From: Nitrospinota bacterium
Lineage (GTDB): Bacteria > Nitrospinota > Nitrospinia > Nitrospinales > VA-1
DNA length: 64,000 bases
Direction: 5' to 3'
NCBI GenBank assembly: GCA_038108555.1
Contig: JAYNIA010000001.1
Span: 102,427-166,426 of the forward strand
In this document: positions 1-9,456 of the stretch, piece after piece
How the letters are laid out: the number at the start of each line of letters is the position of its first letter
Numbering within the stretch: the stretch's first letter is position 1
Made by a program: the position numbers and the translations under genes
The notes under the pieces: model-generated
Told to the model about the DNA's origin: nothing
Database searches by the model: none
The model's input: the letters and a program-made list of their open reading frames with translations, nothing else

Positions 1-131
1 TAGCCATCAAAAAAATGCATACCGAATTTTTGGGACACACCTTTAAAGCCCAGCCCAATGAACCCTGCAAAAGTTGCCCACACTATATGGTCACCTGCTC
101 CAGCGGTTGCTTCGCCTATAATTTTGGATAA
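1..131 (+). CDS. 3' end of a probable radical SAM/SPASM-domain protein (partial)
   Basis: Frame 3 reads ...EPCKSCPHYMVTCSSGCFAYNFG* (TAA 129-131), a Cx2Cx6Cx3C motif resembling a SPASM C-terminus; absent from the ORF track because the start lies outside the window. Confidence 0.6.
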   Translation, partial: AIKKMHTEFLGHTFKAQPNEPCKSCPHYMVTCSSGCFAYNFG

Positions 132-219
132 AAATTTTACTTTCCATTAAGAATGGAATAATTTCTTCGTAAAATAAATCCTTATATAAAGGAAAAGAAA
201 TAATTTAAAGAGGCCCCTG

Positions 220-702
220 ATGAAACAAACCCTTTTATTTTTATTGACCCTGTTTATAGCTTTTCCAACTACTCCCTTATGGGGAGGCCATCCCGAAAAG
301 AAAGTGGAAGGCGGATTGGATTTTGAACCGGTTTGTCCACAAGTACGGAAAACTCCGCAGGCTCCGGAAAAGTTTTTAAAGATGAAAAATCCTATTCCTG
401 CATCCCACGAAAATATTTTTGCAGGACAAACACTCTTTCACTTCGATGCCAAGCCAGGGCCCTGCCGGGTGTGTCATGGGATCAGTGGAAACGGACTCGG
501 TTTTTTGTTCCGTCAACTAACTCCTATTCCGAGAAATTTTACCTGTAGTCAAACTGTGGATCCTCTACCCGATGGACAATTATTCTGGATCATTAGAAAC
601 GGCTCTCCTGGAACTGCGATGCCTGCCTTCAAAAACCTGGATGACGATCAGGTTTGGCAACTGATCCATTACATTCGACATTTTTCAAATAAGGATAAAT
701 AA
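220..702 (+). CDS. Monoheme c-type cytochrome, exported
   Basis: Signal peptide, CRVCH heme motif, distal Met in GSPGTAMPAF, C-terminal W-x-L-I-x-Y-I-R helix. Confidence 0.88.
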   Translation: MKQTLLFLLTLFIAFPTTPLWGGHPEKKVEGGLDFEPVCPQVRKTPQAPEKFLKMKNPIPASHENIFAGQTLFHFDAKPGPCRVCHGISGNGLGFLFRQLTPIPRNFTCSQTVDPLPDGQLFWIIRNGSPGTAMPAFKNLDDDQVWQLIHYIRHFSNKDK

Positions 703-724
703 AACAAATCTTATAGGTGTCAAA

Positions 725-1111
725 ATGGAAAAAATTCAAAATTACATGGCGGAATCCTTACTTACCATTAGTCCGACAGCGACGGTTCTTGAAGCTTCGC
801 ATATGATGAATGACAACGAAATTCATTCGCTGTTGGTTGAAGAAGGCGGGGAATATATTGGTATTATCACCAATCACGATATCAGTAAAAAACTGGTGGG
901 AGATAATCTGGACCCAAACAAGGTACCGGTTTCTGAGGTTATGAGTTTCCCACTCATCAAAATGGAATGTCAGGAAAGCATGGAAAAAGCCGCTCAGGTA
1001 ATGCGGGACCACTCCATTCATCACATTGCCGTGACAGAACACGGTCAGATGTTGGGGACCTTATTTATAAATGATTACCACAAATATCTGGTGCTAAAAC
1101 ATCCTAAATAA
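725..1111 (+). CDS. CBS-pair domain protein
   Basis: Two CBS repeats (YIGIITNHDI; V-S-E-V-M-S-x-P; HHIAVTEHGQMLG). Confidence 0.88.
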   Translation: MEKIQNYMAESLLTISPTATVLEASHMMNDNEIHSLLVEEGGEYIGIITNHDISKKLVGDNLDPNKVPVSEVMSFPLIKMECQESMEKAAQVMRDHSIHHIAVTEHGQMLGTLFINDYHKYLVLKHPK

Positions 1112-1117
1112 TTTTTT

Positions 1118-1867
1118 TTAGGATTTGCGAAAACGAACCACTCCCCCATATTGCTCTTTTTTAAATCCCGGAAGGTTTCCGGGATAGTTCGTTTCCGCGT
1201 AAATTCTATCGATATTTTTTAAAATATCCGGGGTCAAGCTTTCGATTATTTCCGTTTCCAGCCCCTCCACATCAATTTTCAAAATATCAATACGGCCCTC
1301 TTTCTCGAGAATTTCTGAGAGGATTTCCTCTACCCTTCGGACCTGTACCGGAATGGTTTCAGAATGATTCGCTTGCAACCCCCCATATCTGCCTGTTTTT
1401 TCGAAACCAAAATCCGCCGTTCCATTCTCCATCCCCACCGCGACCTCATTCAACTCAAACCTGTTTTCAAACCCTTTAAGGTTCGCTTTTAGCTTACTAA
1501 TATTTTCCGGGAGCGGTTCGAATAAATAGACCTTGACGTTTTTATTTCTCGTTAAAAAATATCCGGCACTGATCCCAATATTGGAACCCATATCCACAAC
1601 GCAAGTGATATCCAGTCCCGCCTGATAATCCAACTTCCCGAAACACTCGACAAGGGTAATCATGTCATGAAAGGAATAAAGTGTGAATTCAAGATTTCCA
1701 AGAGGCGTGGTTACCCGATGTTTATGGGGGTAAGCTCCCTTTTCAAAAACATATCTTCGAAAAACATTTATGGGATGGTGAAAATTTTTAAATATATTGA
1801 TTAAAGCAGAATAAAAAGGCTTGTTAAAAAATGCTTTTAACAATCTTCCGGAAGGTCTTTTTTTCAT
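1118..1867 (-). CDS. FkbM-family SAM-dependent methyltransferase
   Basis: VVDMGSNIG, FEPLPEN and IDILKIDVEGLE motifs; ATG at 1867. Confidence 0.88.
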   Translation of the reverse strand: MKKRPSGRLLKAFFNKPFYSALINIFKNFHHPINVFRRYVFEKGAYPHKHRVTTPLGNLEFTLYSFHDMITLVECFGKLDYQAGLDITCVVDMGSNIGISAGYFLTRNKNVKVYLFEPLPENISKLKANLKGFENRFELNEVAVGMENGTADFGFEKTGRYGGLQANHSETIPVQVRRVEEILSEILEKEGRIDILKIDVEGLETEIIESLTPDILKNIDRIYAETNYPGNLPGFKKEQYGGVVRFRKS

Positions 1868-2075
1868 CAAACGTTATTAAGTGGAGATATAAATTTAGAA
1901 ACCAAAAGCTTGAATCTATCCTAAGAAAACCTATTCTACAAATTTTTCTTTTTCCCTGCTTTTAAAACATTTCCCCTCACCTAATACCCCTGGGTTAAAA
2001 AAATTTTCATCTTTTTTAGAAATATCGACTGGAATTTAAGATGACCGCCGCTTTATTTTTTGAGAAACTGGATTT

Positions 2076-2921
2076 ATGATTATCCAACAAAAAATATTTT
2101 GGGTTTGGTTGGTACTGTTTCTTTCCACTACCGTTGAGGCGCAGCAGCATCACTTCACTAATCCGCAAGTTCAAGTACAAGTGACGGAAAAAGAGCTGCG
2201 GGTATCTACCACCGGCTATCCAGACCATAAATGGGAAAGGGTCAACCCCAATCGACCTACCCGACAAAATTTCAAATTTCAAATCCCTCGATTTCCAAAA
2301 ATAGCACCTAACACAACCCCTGTGCCTTCCCGAGGTCCTATCGCGGTTGCGGTTAATGGAGTGGTCTTCTTTGGTCCCGAAGATCAGGAAGGAAAAATTG
2401 CAATTGAAAATCATGGCCTCGATTCATGCCTTGGTCACCCGGCACCAACGGGCGTGTATCATTACCACTGCACACCCGGATGTGTGCACCGCGATATTCC
2501 CAATCAACATTCACCTGTGATCGGTTACGCTTTTGATGGATTTAAAATATACGGACTTCAGGATAAAGGAGGACACCCTCCCAATGACCTGGATCAATGC
2601 AATGGCCACTCCGATGAAGAACGAGGTTACCATTATCATACAACGGAAGATTTTCCTTTTGTCCTTGGCTGTTACCGAGGCACACCAAAATTGGCCAACT
2701 ACGACAGGCACCAACGCGGTACTGGACCCTCTAACCATAGAAGTGGCAGAAAACGAGATGACCCGGTTCGCGAATATTGCGACGCGGACCGGCAAAGATA
2801 TTGTCCCAACATGCCGCCGAGTCGCGAAATGATGCAATGCATGATGCGAAATAAAAACCGGTTCAGTGCCCAGTGCCAACAGGCCTTGCAAAACCACCGC
2901 CCGCCGCGAAGGCGGCATTAA
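2076..2921 (+). CDS. Secreted YHYH-domain protein with C-terminal cysteine-rich repeat
   Basis: Signal peptide; two YHYH motifs (GVYHYH, GYHYH), SPVIGYAFDGF, DLDQCNGH; C-terminal C-D-A-D-R-x-R-Y-C...C...C unit. Confidence 0.85.
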   Translation: MIIQQKIFWVWLVLFLSTTVEAQQHHFTNPQVQVQVTEKELRVSTTGYPDHKWERVNPNRPTRQNFKFQIPRFPKIAPNTTPVPSRGPIAVAVNGVVFFGPEDQEGKIAIENHGLDSCLGHPAPTGVYHYHCTPGCVHRDIPNQHSPVIGYAFDGFKIYGLQDKGGHPPNDLDQCNGHSDEERGYHYHTTEDFPFVLGCYRGTPKLANYDRHQRGTGPSNHRSGRKRDDPVREYCDADRQRYCPNMPPSREMMQCMMRNKNRFSAQCQQALQNHRPPRRRH

Positions 2922-2928
2922 TCAAACC

Positions 2929-3120
2929 ATGAAACTGGGATGGGTAAGGTTGGCAATTGTTGCAGCCGTTTTATTGATCCTGGTTTTACTTATCCCCTCA
3001 CTAAAAATTTATCATTTCAGCCCCTTCAACTCAGGGGTGTCGGCCATCATCGCATTGGTTGCAGGTGTTTGGGTGATCTATTCAATTTTCATTTGGGTGA
3101 TGCAGGGTTTCAGGAAGTAA
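2929..3120 (+). CDS. Small two-TM membrane protein
   Basis: ATG 7 nt after the YHYH stop; MKLGWVRLAIVAAVLL... has two hydrophobic segments. Confidence 0.6.
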   Translation: MKLGWVRLAIVAAVLLILVLLIPSLKIYHFSPFNSGVSAIIALVAGVWVIYSIFIWVMQGFRK

Positions 3121-3163
3121 ACCAAGAAGGAACGTTGTGAATCAGAAATTTGAAATGGCAAAT

Positions 3164-3847
3164 TTAAATTTTTTCCAGCCATTCACGTGCAAGACCGATA
3201 GCGGTGATGATCTGCCCCGGTTGCATTTTCTTTTCGATGATATCCGCATTTTTTTTGCCGGTGGGATTGCCGTTGACTCCGGCGATATTGAACCATTTGT
3301 GAGCTTCAACATAATCTTTCTCTACACCCAGGCCTTTCTCATACATCAAACCTAAATTGGACTGGGCTCCGGAGATTCCCCTTTCGGCAGATTGGCGATA
3401 CCATTTCACCGCCTCCTCGTCGTCCTTTGGAACCCCTTCACCCCGGCTGTACATGAGGCCAAGATTATATTGAGCCTGACCGTACCCTTGTTCCGCCGCA
3501 AGCTTAAACCACCAGAGGGCTTCCTTGAAATCCCGGGCAACACCCTGCCCCCGGCCATACATCACTCCAAGATTATGCTGGGCCTGGGCCAAACCCTGCT
3601 CAGCAGCAAGCCGATACCATTTCACCGCTTCATTAAAATTCTTCTCAACCCCCTGGCCTTTCCCATACATCAACCCCAAGTTGGTTTGTGCTTCTGCAAA
3701 CCCCTGTTCGGCTGCCCGGCGGTACCATTTGATCGCAGCAACATCGTCTTTGGGAATCTCTTTTCCAAGACTATACATAAGCCCAAGGTTGTACTGGGCC
3801 TCTACTGTCCCCTCTTCTGCCAATTGTTTTAATTGTTCGAAATCCAT
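3164..3847 (-). CDS. Sel1-like repeat protein
   Basis: About five 36-aa repeats AQxNLGxMYxxGxGVxKDxxEAxKWYRxAAEQG. Confidence 0.95.
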   Translation of the reverse strand: MDFEQLKQLAEEGTVEAQYNLGLMYSLGKEIPKDDVAAIKWYRRAAEQGFAEAQTNLGLMYGKGQGVEKNFNEAVKWYRLAAEQGLAQAQHNLGVMYGRGQGVARDFKEALWWFKLAAEQGYGQAQYNLGLMYSRGEGVPKDDEEAVKWYRQSAERGISGAQSNLGLMYEKGLGVEKDYVEAHKWFNIAGVNGNPTGKKNADIIEKKMQPGQIITAIGLAREWLEKI

Positions 3848-3959
3848 GGTCTATCGCCTAAGTAAAAAAAGACCTGTTCATGCTACACGGGTTTTGATTT
3901 GGCTTCAATTCCCACAGATTAACAAAAAAAGTAACATTTATAAATTTTTTACACATGCC

Positions 3960-3973
3960 GTATAAATTTATAC
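3960..3973. promoter_or_regulatory. Perfect palindrome GTATAAATTTATAC, candidate enhancer-binding-protein site
   Basis: 14-bp inverted repeat about 100 bp upstream of a sigma54-type promoter. Confidence 0.4.
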
Positions 3974-4073
3974 AAATAAAAAACCAGTTTTTGTCAACAG
4001 CCCATTCTTTTTTTAAAATTTAAAACCCTTATTTTGTCAAAGGTTATGATAATAAATACAACTTTTTCAGACA

Positions 4074-4090
4074 TTGGCATACCGATTGCA
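4074..4090 (+). promoter_or_regulatory. Sigma54 (-24/-12) promoter
   Basis: TTGGCATACCGATTGCA with GG 4076-77 and GC 4088-89 at the canonical GG-N10-GC spacing, about 100 nt upstream of the CDS at 4194. Confidence 0.75.
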
Positions 4091-4193
4091 AAATAACAAT
4101 TAAGTGTGATTTCAGAACCCTGAAAACGCATCAGCGGAGGCAATCCGCCCCTCCCAAACAAAAGATTATTCAAACTTTAACTGAAGGTGAATC

Positions 4194-4652
4194 ATGAGTA
4201 TCACTACAAAGGCGGTTGTCAAAGAAGATCTAAACTGGTTTTTATCCCAGATGAAAAAAGTTCAGGCATTCTCCGTTTTGTCCGACCGGGAATTAATGCA
4301 GTTGGTTTCGAAAATGCGAGCGTTTGAATTTGATGCAGGAACCAAACTGGTCAATCAGGGGGAATCTGCAAATTTGTTTTTCATCGTTCAAAAGGGAGAG
4401 GTGGAAGTTTCAAAAAAGAAATTATTTCGCAAGGAGAAAAAAGTTGCTGTACTTAAATCAGGTGATTTCTTTGGGGAAAGTGTTTTGGTTTCCAATTCCA
4501 AAAGAATCGCGACGGTAACCACCCGAACGGATACCACCTGCCTTGTTTTGCTGAAACCGAGCTTCAGAGCCATGCTGGATCAAAACCCGCTTTTCAAAGA
4601 AACCATGAAAGCCGTCTTCTTAAGACGAAAAAAGCAACTGAAGAAAGCGTAA
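4194..4652 (+). CDS. Stand-alone cyclic nucleotide-binding domain protein
   Basis: LVNQGE...FFIVQKGEVEV...GDFFGE...RIATV cNMP barrel motifs; no HTH domain. Confidence 0.9.
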   Translation: MSITTKAVVKEDLNWFLSQMKKVQAFSVLSDRELMQLVSKMRAFEFDAGTKLVNQGESANLFFIVQKGEVEVSKKKLFRKEKKVAVLKSGDFFGESVLVSNSKRIATVTTRTDTTCLVLLKPSFRAMLDQNPLFKETMKAVFLRRKKQLKKA

Positions 4653-4656
4653 ATAA

Positions 4657-5322
4657 TCAGGAGACACCCATTTTTATTACAAACGCTTTGTCTCCAAAAA
4701 TTTCGATGGTGTAGTTTCTTTTCTCCGCCATGACGGAAAGGGTTTGGTTACAAAAAAAACTGATATGGGTAGGGTCGTCTTTGTACCACCACTCCATAAA
4801 CTTCTCCACAGCATTATCCGAATCGATGAAGGGATTCGTTAAAAAAGTCGAGAACATGATTATCCCATCCGGTTTTAATACCTTTTCAATCTCCTCAAGC
4901 TCTTCCCAAACATTGGGCAGGTGCTCTATGACTTCCAGGGCGATTACCGCATCAAATTTAAACGGATAGTTCTGATCTTTCAAATATCCATTGTTCATGG
5001 GTTCCAGCGAAGTCATTCGATAACTCATTCCCTCCAGCCTTCGGGTTAGCTCTCCGGAACCCGCACCAAAATCTAGAATTCGATGGTCATTTGGCAACAC
5101 TCCAAAATTCTCAAAGTATGAAATCAGGCTCCTGGCCTGATCTTCCCAGAAACCGGATTCGGTGGCTAGCCATTGCTTTTTGTAGTGGTTTTCTTCAAAG
5201 GTTTTTTCGGGCAGTTCATTAGTAAAAATCAATGAACAGTTAGGACATTTTAAAAAAGTACGTTCGGCCCGACAAAATAGAGTAGACGGGAAATTACAAA
5301 TCCGGCAGAGACGATCTTGCAT
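4657..5322 (-). CDS. Class I SAM-dependent methyltransferase with N-terminal zinc-ribbon
   Basis: CxxC...CxxC; ILDFGAGSG; EVIEHL; WWYKDDPTHISF. Confidence 0.85.
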   Translation of the reverse strand: MQDRLCRICNFPSTLFCRAERTFLKCPNCSLIFTNELPEKTFEENHYKKQWLATESGFWEDQARSLISYFENFGVLPNDHRILDFGAGSGELTRRLEGMSYRMTSLEPMNNGYLKDQNYPFKFDAVIALEVIEHLPNVWEELEEIEKVLKPDGIIMFSTFLTNPFIDSDNAVEKFMEWWYKDDPTHISFFCNQTLSVMAEKRNYTIEIFGDKAFVIKMGVS

Positions 5323-5342
5323 GGTTACGAAAAAACTCCAGG

Positions 5343-8300
5343 TTATTTCTTTTGTTCCACCTGGCTCTGTGCCAGTTTAAGATTTTGCTGGGCAGAAACT
5401 AAATTGGGTTGGATTTTAAGGGCCTCTTGAAAATGAGTAATGGCTTCTTGAATTTTTTCATCGTGATAAAGGGCATTCCCCAAGTTGAGATGGGCAGTCG
5501 CATTTTGAGGTTGTAATTCGAGGACCTTTTTGAACCTGGAGATAGCTTTGTCGTATTCGCCTTGTTCGTCCCACGAAATACCAAGATTGAGATGGGCTTC
5601 AATATAATCGGGTTGTAATTCAATAGCTGTTTGATATTGATTTATAGCATCTGCTAAATACCCCATAGCGGCAAGGGTATTTCCCAAGTCGTTATAAGCG
5701 GTGGAATAATCCGGCTTTAATTCGATCGCTTTTCGGAAATAAGTTTCTGCATTAATAAAATCCCCGGTTATTGCTAAAGCCCGGCCAAGAAAATAATTCG
5801 CTAAAACAAAACCAGGGTAAAGCCGTACAGCCTCCTTAAGTTTTGCTATAGCCTCTTCCAGATTGTTGTTATTAATATTAATGATCCCGAGTTCGAAAAC
5901 ATCGGATGCATATTCTGCGTTCATAAGGTTATCCCAATGCCCTTTAAATATTTCCTTGCCTGCGTTGTCCAGGTTTTTAATTTTCGGAATGACCGTTTCG
6001 AGGGAAACCCGGTTTTTGTGCAGGTTATATACTCGTTCCCGGGTCATACCATCGGAGGAGCCAAGGAAAAATTCCAACGAAGGATAATTGTCTGTAATCA
6101 AATTGTGCTGTGTGGACATTTTTTGCAATTCATTTTTTGAAAACCAAATGCTTCCTAAAAGAGTGAAGGGGTTATCAAAATTAATATTTCCCATTACCTC
6201 ATTTATTTTGGGATGCTCCAGGCGCTTTTCAATTTCCCTGAAGTCAATTTCAATAGGATCATTCGAGCCTATTAAAATCAGCTCTTGCTTCGCCGGATAC
6301 CACCCCATCACATAGGGAAAACTATCAAGAAAGGTACGGAAATGTTGGTATATATGAGTTTCCGTTTGACTGTGCAAGGGAATCCACTGGCTTACAATCC
6401 CCCTTTTTTTTAAACCTTTTTTAGCTAATTCATAAAATTCCTTAGTATAAAGATTTACCACCCCGGCATTGGTTGGCGGAGGGGGTTCAGCCGTAATCAC
6501 ATCATAGGATTTTGAAGTTGTGAGGAGGTGGTTCCTCCCATCTTGAACAATCTTATTAACTTTCGGATTGGCACCCGCATCGTAGTTCATGTCACTAAAA
6601 AGTTTACCAGCATTAAAAACTCCAGGGGAAATGTCTACAGCATCAACAGAATCCAGACCGGGATAAACTCCAGCCGCTCCAGAGGTCAAACCTGTTCCAA
6701 AACAAATCACCAGAACATCTTTGGGGTCCTCAACCAGCAACAGGGGAATATATGAAAGGAGGGTCATATAGGTTCGCGATCCCAGATGGCTTGCGGACAT
6801 ATTGACCCCGTTCAATATCAGGCTTTTTCTTTTTATTCCGAAAAGCTCATCATTATCATTAAAAACAGCAACGGTGGTGGTTAAACCTTCATCCAGATAA
6901 AGAAGTTGCTCTGGAGTTTTCTTGCCAAGTGAATTTCGCAAAAAAATGTTCTGCAAAAGATTGTCTGGCATTTTAAGTAAGAAAAAAACAAGACCACACG
7001 ATATCGCCACAGCCACGGTTCCCCGAACCCGCCTTGAAAAAAATTCTGAATTCGCAAAAAGAATTATTGCCGCTAACAAATTCAGCATGGCCAAAAAGGT
7101 CAAGGTTTGTTGCGAACCAAAGTTTGGCAGGAGCAAATAGCCAGCCACTATGGAACCTAGAATACTTCCCAAAGTATTTACGGCATAAATGATTCCCAAA
7201 GAGCTTCCTATATTTTCGGATCCTCGAGTAACCAGGTGAGTCAATACGGGAAAACTCATTCCAAACAAGATAGTTGGCACAAGCATTAAAGCGGAAGCAT
7301 TGCGCATATCAACCCAAAACTCTTCAACAGGAGCTTCCATCTTCAACGGTCGGATAAAAGAAGAAAGGATCCAATTGGATTGATAAAGACTAAAAATAAT
7401 ATAGATACCAATTCCCAACTGAAACAAAATTAAAAGTGTGCGTAAATTAAAATTTCTTTTAAAAAAGGGAACGATCAACAAGCCGCCCACCGTAATCCCG
7501 AAGAGGAAATTGGCCAGCATGAGACTGAATGAATAAACGGTACTTCCTACGCCAAACACCAAAATTCTTGTCCAGAGAACCTCATAAGCCAAAGCCGAAA
7601 AACCACACAAAAAACTTGTCGTCACCCAGATGAAATTTTCTCTATCGATTTTAAGGGAAAAAGGTTCCGGCTTTGGAAGGTTCCATTTGACAGGGGTTTC
7701 CGGTTCGGATTTTTTGAATCCCTGGACACAAATAATTCCTATTAAAATATTCACACACGAGGCCGCCAGAGCGGTTTGTAAAACTCCCAGGTGCTCTATC
7801 AGGAAATATCCTGCCAAGAGACAACCTGCCGCAGCACCAAAAGTATTGATGGAATATAAATAACCCACCTGTTTTCCGGCATGAGTTTTTTCCGTCACAA
7901 AATACTTGGCCATTATGGGAAGGGTTGCTCCCATAAAAACAGTGGGAATCAATACTAGAGAAAATGCCAACACCGCTTTTACAAAACCCGTTTGAAATAA
8001 AAAATCGGGCATCCATTGATAAAACCAGACGTAAATTGGAGAAAACTTGGAAAAAAGGAGGGAAAGAAATGCAGCGGAAAAACCAATCAGCAATTCAATT
8101 TTTCCATAGATCAATAAAGGCTTTCCAGCCCTGTCAATTGTGGTTCCATATAAATAGCTTCCCAGACCCAAACCGGCCATAAAGGAAGACAAAACCACAG
8201 ATACGGAGTAAATGGTGTGCCCAAACACCAGAGTCAACATCCGGGTCCAGACAACCTGGTAGATCAATCCGGAGATTCCAGAGAAAAAAAATAAAAAATA

Positions 8301-8363
8301 AATCCAGTTAGATCGTTTGTCCTCTGGAAATACAGACCCCTTTTTTTGATTTCTTTTTCCCAT
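5343..8363 (-). CDS. Fused membrane domain / spermidine synthase-like protein with C-terminal TPRs
   Basis: Multi-TM N-terminus (SGLIYQVVWTR, repeated), VLVICFGTG, DGRNHL, YDVITAEPPPP, NLYTKEFY, then several TPR repeats. Confidence 0.88.
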   Translation of the reverse strand: MGKRNQKKGSVFPEDKRSNWIYFLFFFSGISGLIYQVVWTRMLTLVFGHTIYSVSVVLSSFMAGLGLGSYLYGTTIDRAGKPLLIYGKIELLIGFSAAFLSLLFSKFSPIYVWFYQWMPDFLFQTGFVKAVLAFSLVLIPTVFMGATLPIMAKYFVTEKTHAGKQVGYLYSINTFGAAAGCLLAGYFLIEHLGVLQTALAASCVNILIGIICVQGFKKSEPETPVKWNLPKPEPFSLKIDRENFIWVTTSFLCGFSALAYEVLWTRILVFGVGSTVYSFSLMLANFLFGITVGGLLIVPFFKRNFNLRTLLILFQLGIGIYIIFSLYQSNWILSSFIRPLKMEAPVEEFWVDMRNASALMLVPTILFGMSFPVLTHLVTRGSENIGSSLGIIYAVNTLGSILGSIVAGYLLLPNFGSQQTLTFLAMLNLLAAIILFANSEFFSRRVRGTVAVAISCGLVFFLLKMPDNLLQNIFLRNSLGKKTPEQLLYLDEGLTTTVAVFNDNDELFGIKRKSLILNGVNMSASHLGSRTYMTLLSYIPLLLVEDPKDVLVICFGTGLTSGAAGVYPGLDSVDAVDISPGVFNAGKLFSDMNYDAGANPKVNKIVQDGRNHLLTTSKSYDVITAEPPPPTNAGVVNLYTKEFYELAKKGLKKRGIVSQWIPLHSQTETHIYQHFRTFLDSFPYVMGWYPAKQELILIGSNDPIEIDFREIEKRLEHPKINEVMGNINFDNPFTLLGSIWFSKNELQKMSTQHNLITDNYPSLEFFLGSSDGMTRERVYNLHKNRVSLETVIPKIKNLDNAGKEIFKGHWDNLMNAEYASDVFELGIININNNNLEEAIAKLKEAVRLYPGFVLANYFLGRALAITGDFINAETYFRKAIELKPDYSTAYNDLGNTLAAMGYLADAINQYQTAIELQPDYIEAHLNLGISWDEQGEYDKAISRFKKVLELQPQNATAHLNLGNALYHDEKIQEAITHFQEALKIQPNLVSAQQNLKLAQSQVEQKK

Positions 8364-8454
8364 GAATTAGGGATTCCTGAAACAAGCTTGAGGAAAAGCG
8401 GGAAAACAGGTAGGACCAACCCGGAACAATAAAACGGTTCAAAATTTGGTTGCG

Positions 8455-8811
8455 TTAATCTTTTGTTTCTTCTGATTGATTTCCTGCTGGGCTCTGAGCT
8501 TCTGCACTTTCACTTGCAGTTTCCATTGTATCGCTCGCCCAATCTTCATCCAGAAATCGATCAGTCATGGTGTGCAGGTCCTTTTTATTCTTTTGCATCT
8601 TTTTTAAAAGTATTTTTGTTTCCTCATCGGGAAACAGGTCGTTGAGATCCTTATCCTCTTCTGGAAATAATTCGTTTAGATCAATTTCAGCCGGGAAGGG
8701 CAACTCATTCTGTGGTTTAAAAATCGTCTCTTCTTCGGCTCCAACCTCTTCAACCGGGTCGTTATTGGGTGAGTTATTTGACGAATCGGAAGGCTGGGTT
8801 GTTTCATTCAT
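8455..8811 (-). CDS. Acidic low-complexity hypothetical protein
   Basis: ATG at 8811 preceded by GGAG; internal repeat DLNELFPEE/DLNDLFPDE. Confidence 0.65.
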   Translation of the reverse strand: MNETTQPSDSSNNSPNNDPVEEVGAEEETIFKPQNELPFPAEIDLNELFPEEDKDLNDLFPDEETKILLKKMQKNKKDLHTMTDRFLDEDWASDTMETASESAEAQSPAGNQSEETKD

Positions 8812-8925
8812 ATTTGAAATCTCCAAAAGAATTCATTGAGTCCTTTAAAATTCCTTACCTGTAATACCACCTGTCAGTCTGGAATGATACAATAATTTAA
8901 AATAAAAAAATACGGAGAACTCAAT

Positions 8926-9450
8926 ATGAATAAATTTGCATTTATTATTTCATTTTTCCTTTTCCTATTTAATGCATCGATTGCACTGGCGGATGAAGGA
9001 CACAAACCCTATGTCGGTTCGGAAGCCTTTGAAAGAATGAAACGACTTAAAGGGAACTGGGAAGGGTCTGCCGATTTTGGACAAGGAATGCAAAAGATCA
9101 AAGCCCATTATAAAGTGACTTCTGCCGATAGTGCTGTCATTGAAACTTTTCACGCGGGCACACCTCATGAAATGGTTTCAATTTATCATGACAATAAAAA
9201 CCGGGAACTCACAATGACCCATTACTGCGCAGAACACAACCAACCCAGACTGGTTCTAAAAGAATGGAACCAGAACAAACTGAGTATGGACCTGTCTTCA
9301 AATAACGAAATCGATGTTGCCCATGAAAGCCATATTCACGCGGCGAAAATCCAGTTTGACGGGGAAGATCGAATGACCCATCATTGGACCAGTTTTCAAA
9401 AAGGCAAAAAAGCACAGGTGGTAAAAATAGTTTTTGAAAGAATAAAGTAA
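8926..9450 (+). CDS. Secreted hypothetical protein (beta-barrel-like, THYC motif)
   Basis: GGAG RBS, signal peptide, EMVSIYH...MTHYCAEHNQPRL. Confidence 0.75.
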   Translation: MNKFAFIISFFLFLFNASIALADEGHKPYVGSEAFERMKRLKGNWEGSADFGQGMQKIKAHYKVTSADSAVIETFHAGTPHEMVSIYHDNKNRELTMTHYCAEHNQPRLVLKEWNQNKLSMDLSSNNEIDVAHESHIHAAKIQFDGEDRMTHHWTSFQKGKKAQVVKIVFERIK

Positions 9451-9456
9451 CTGCTA

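Noticed and set aside
3164..3847. 108-bp periodic DNA repeats as a CRISPR or tandem array
   Set aside because: Fully explained by the coding Sel1 repeats; no unique spacers
4105..4148. Leader hairpins as a c-di-GMP riboswitch
   Set aside because: Lacks the recognisable class I or class II consensus; kept only as an unclassified structure
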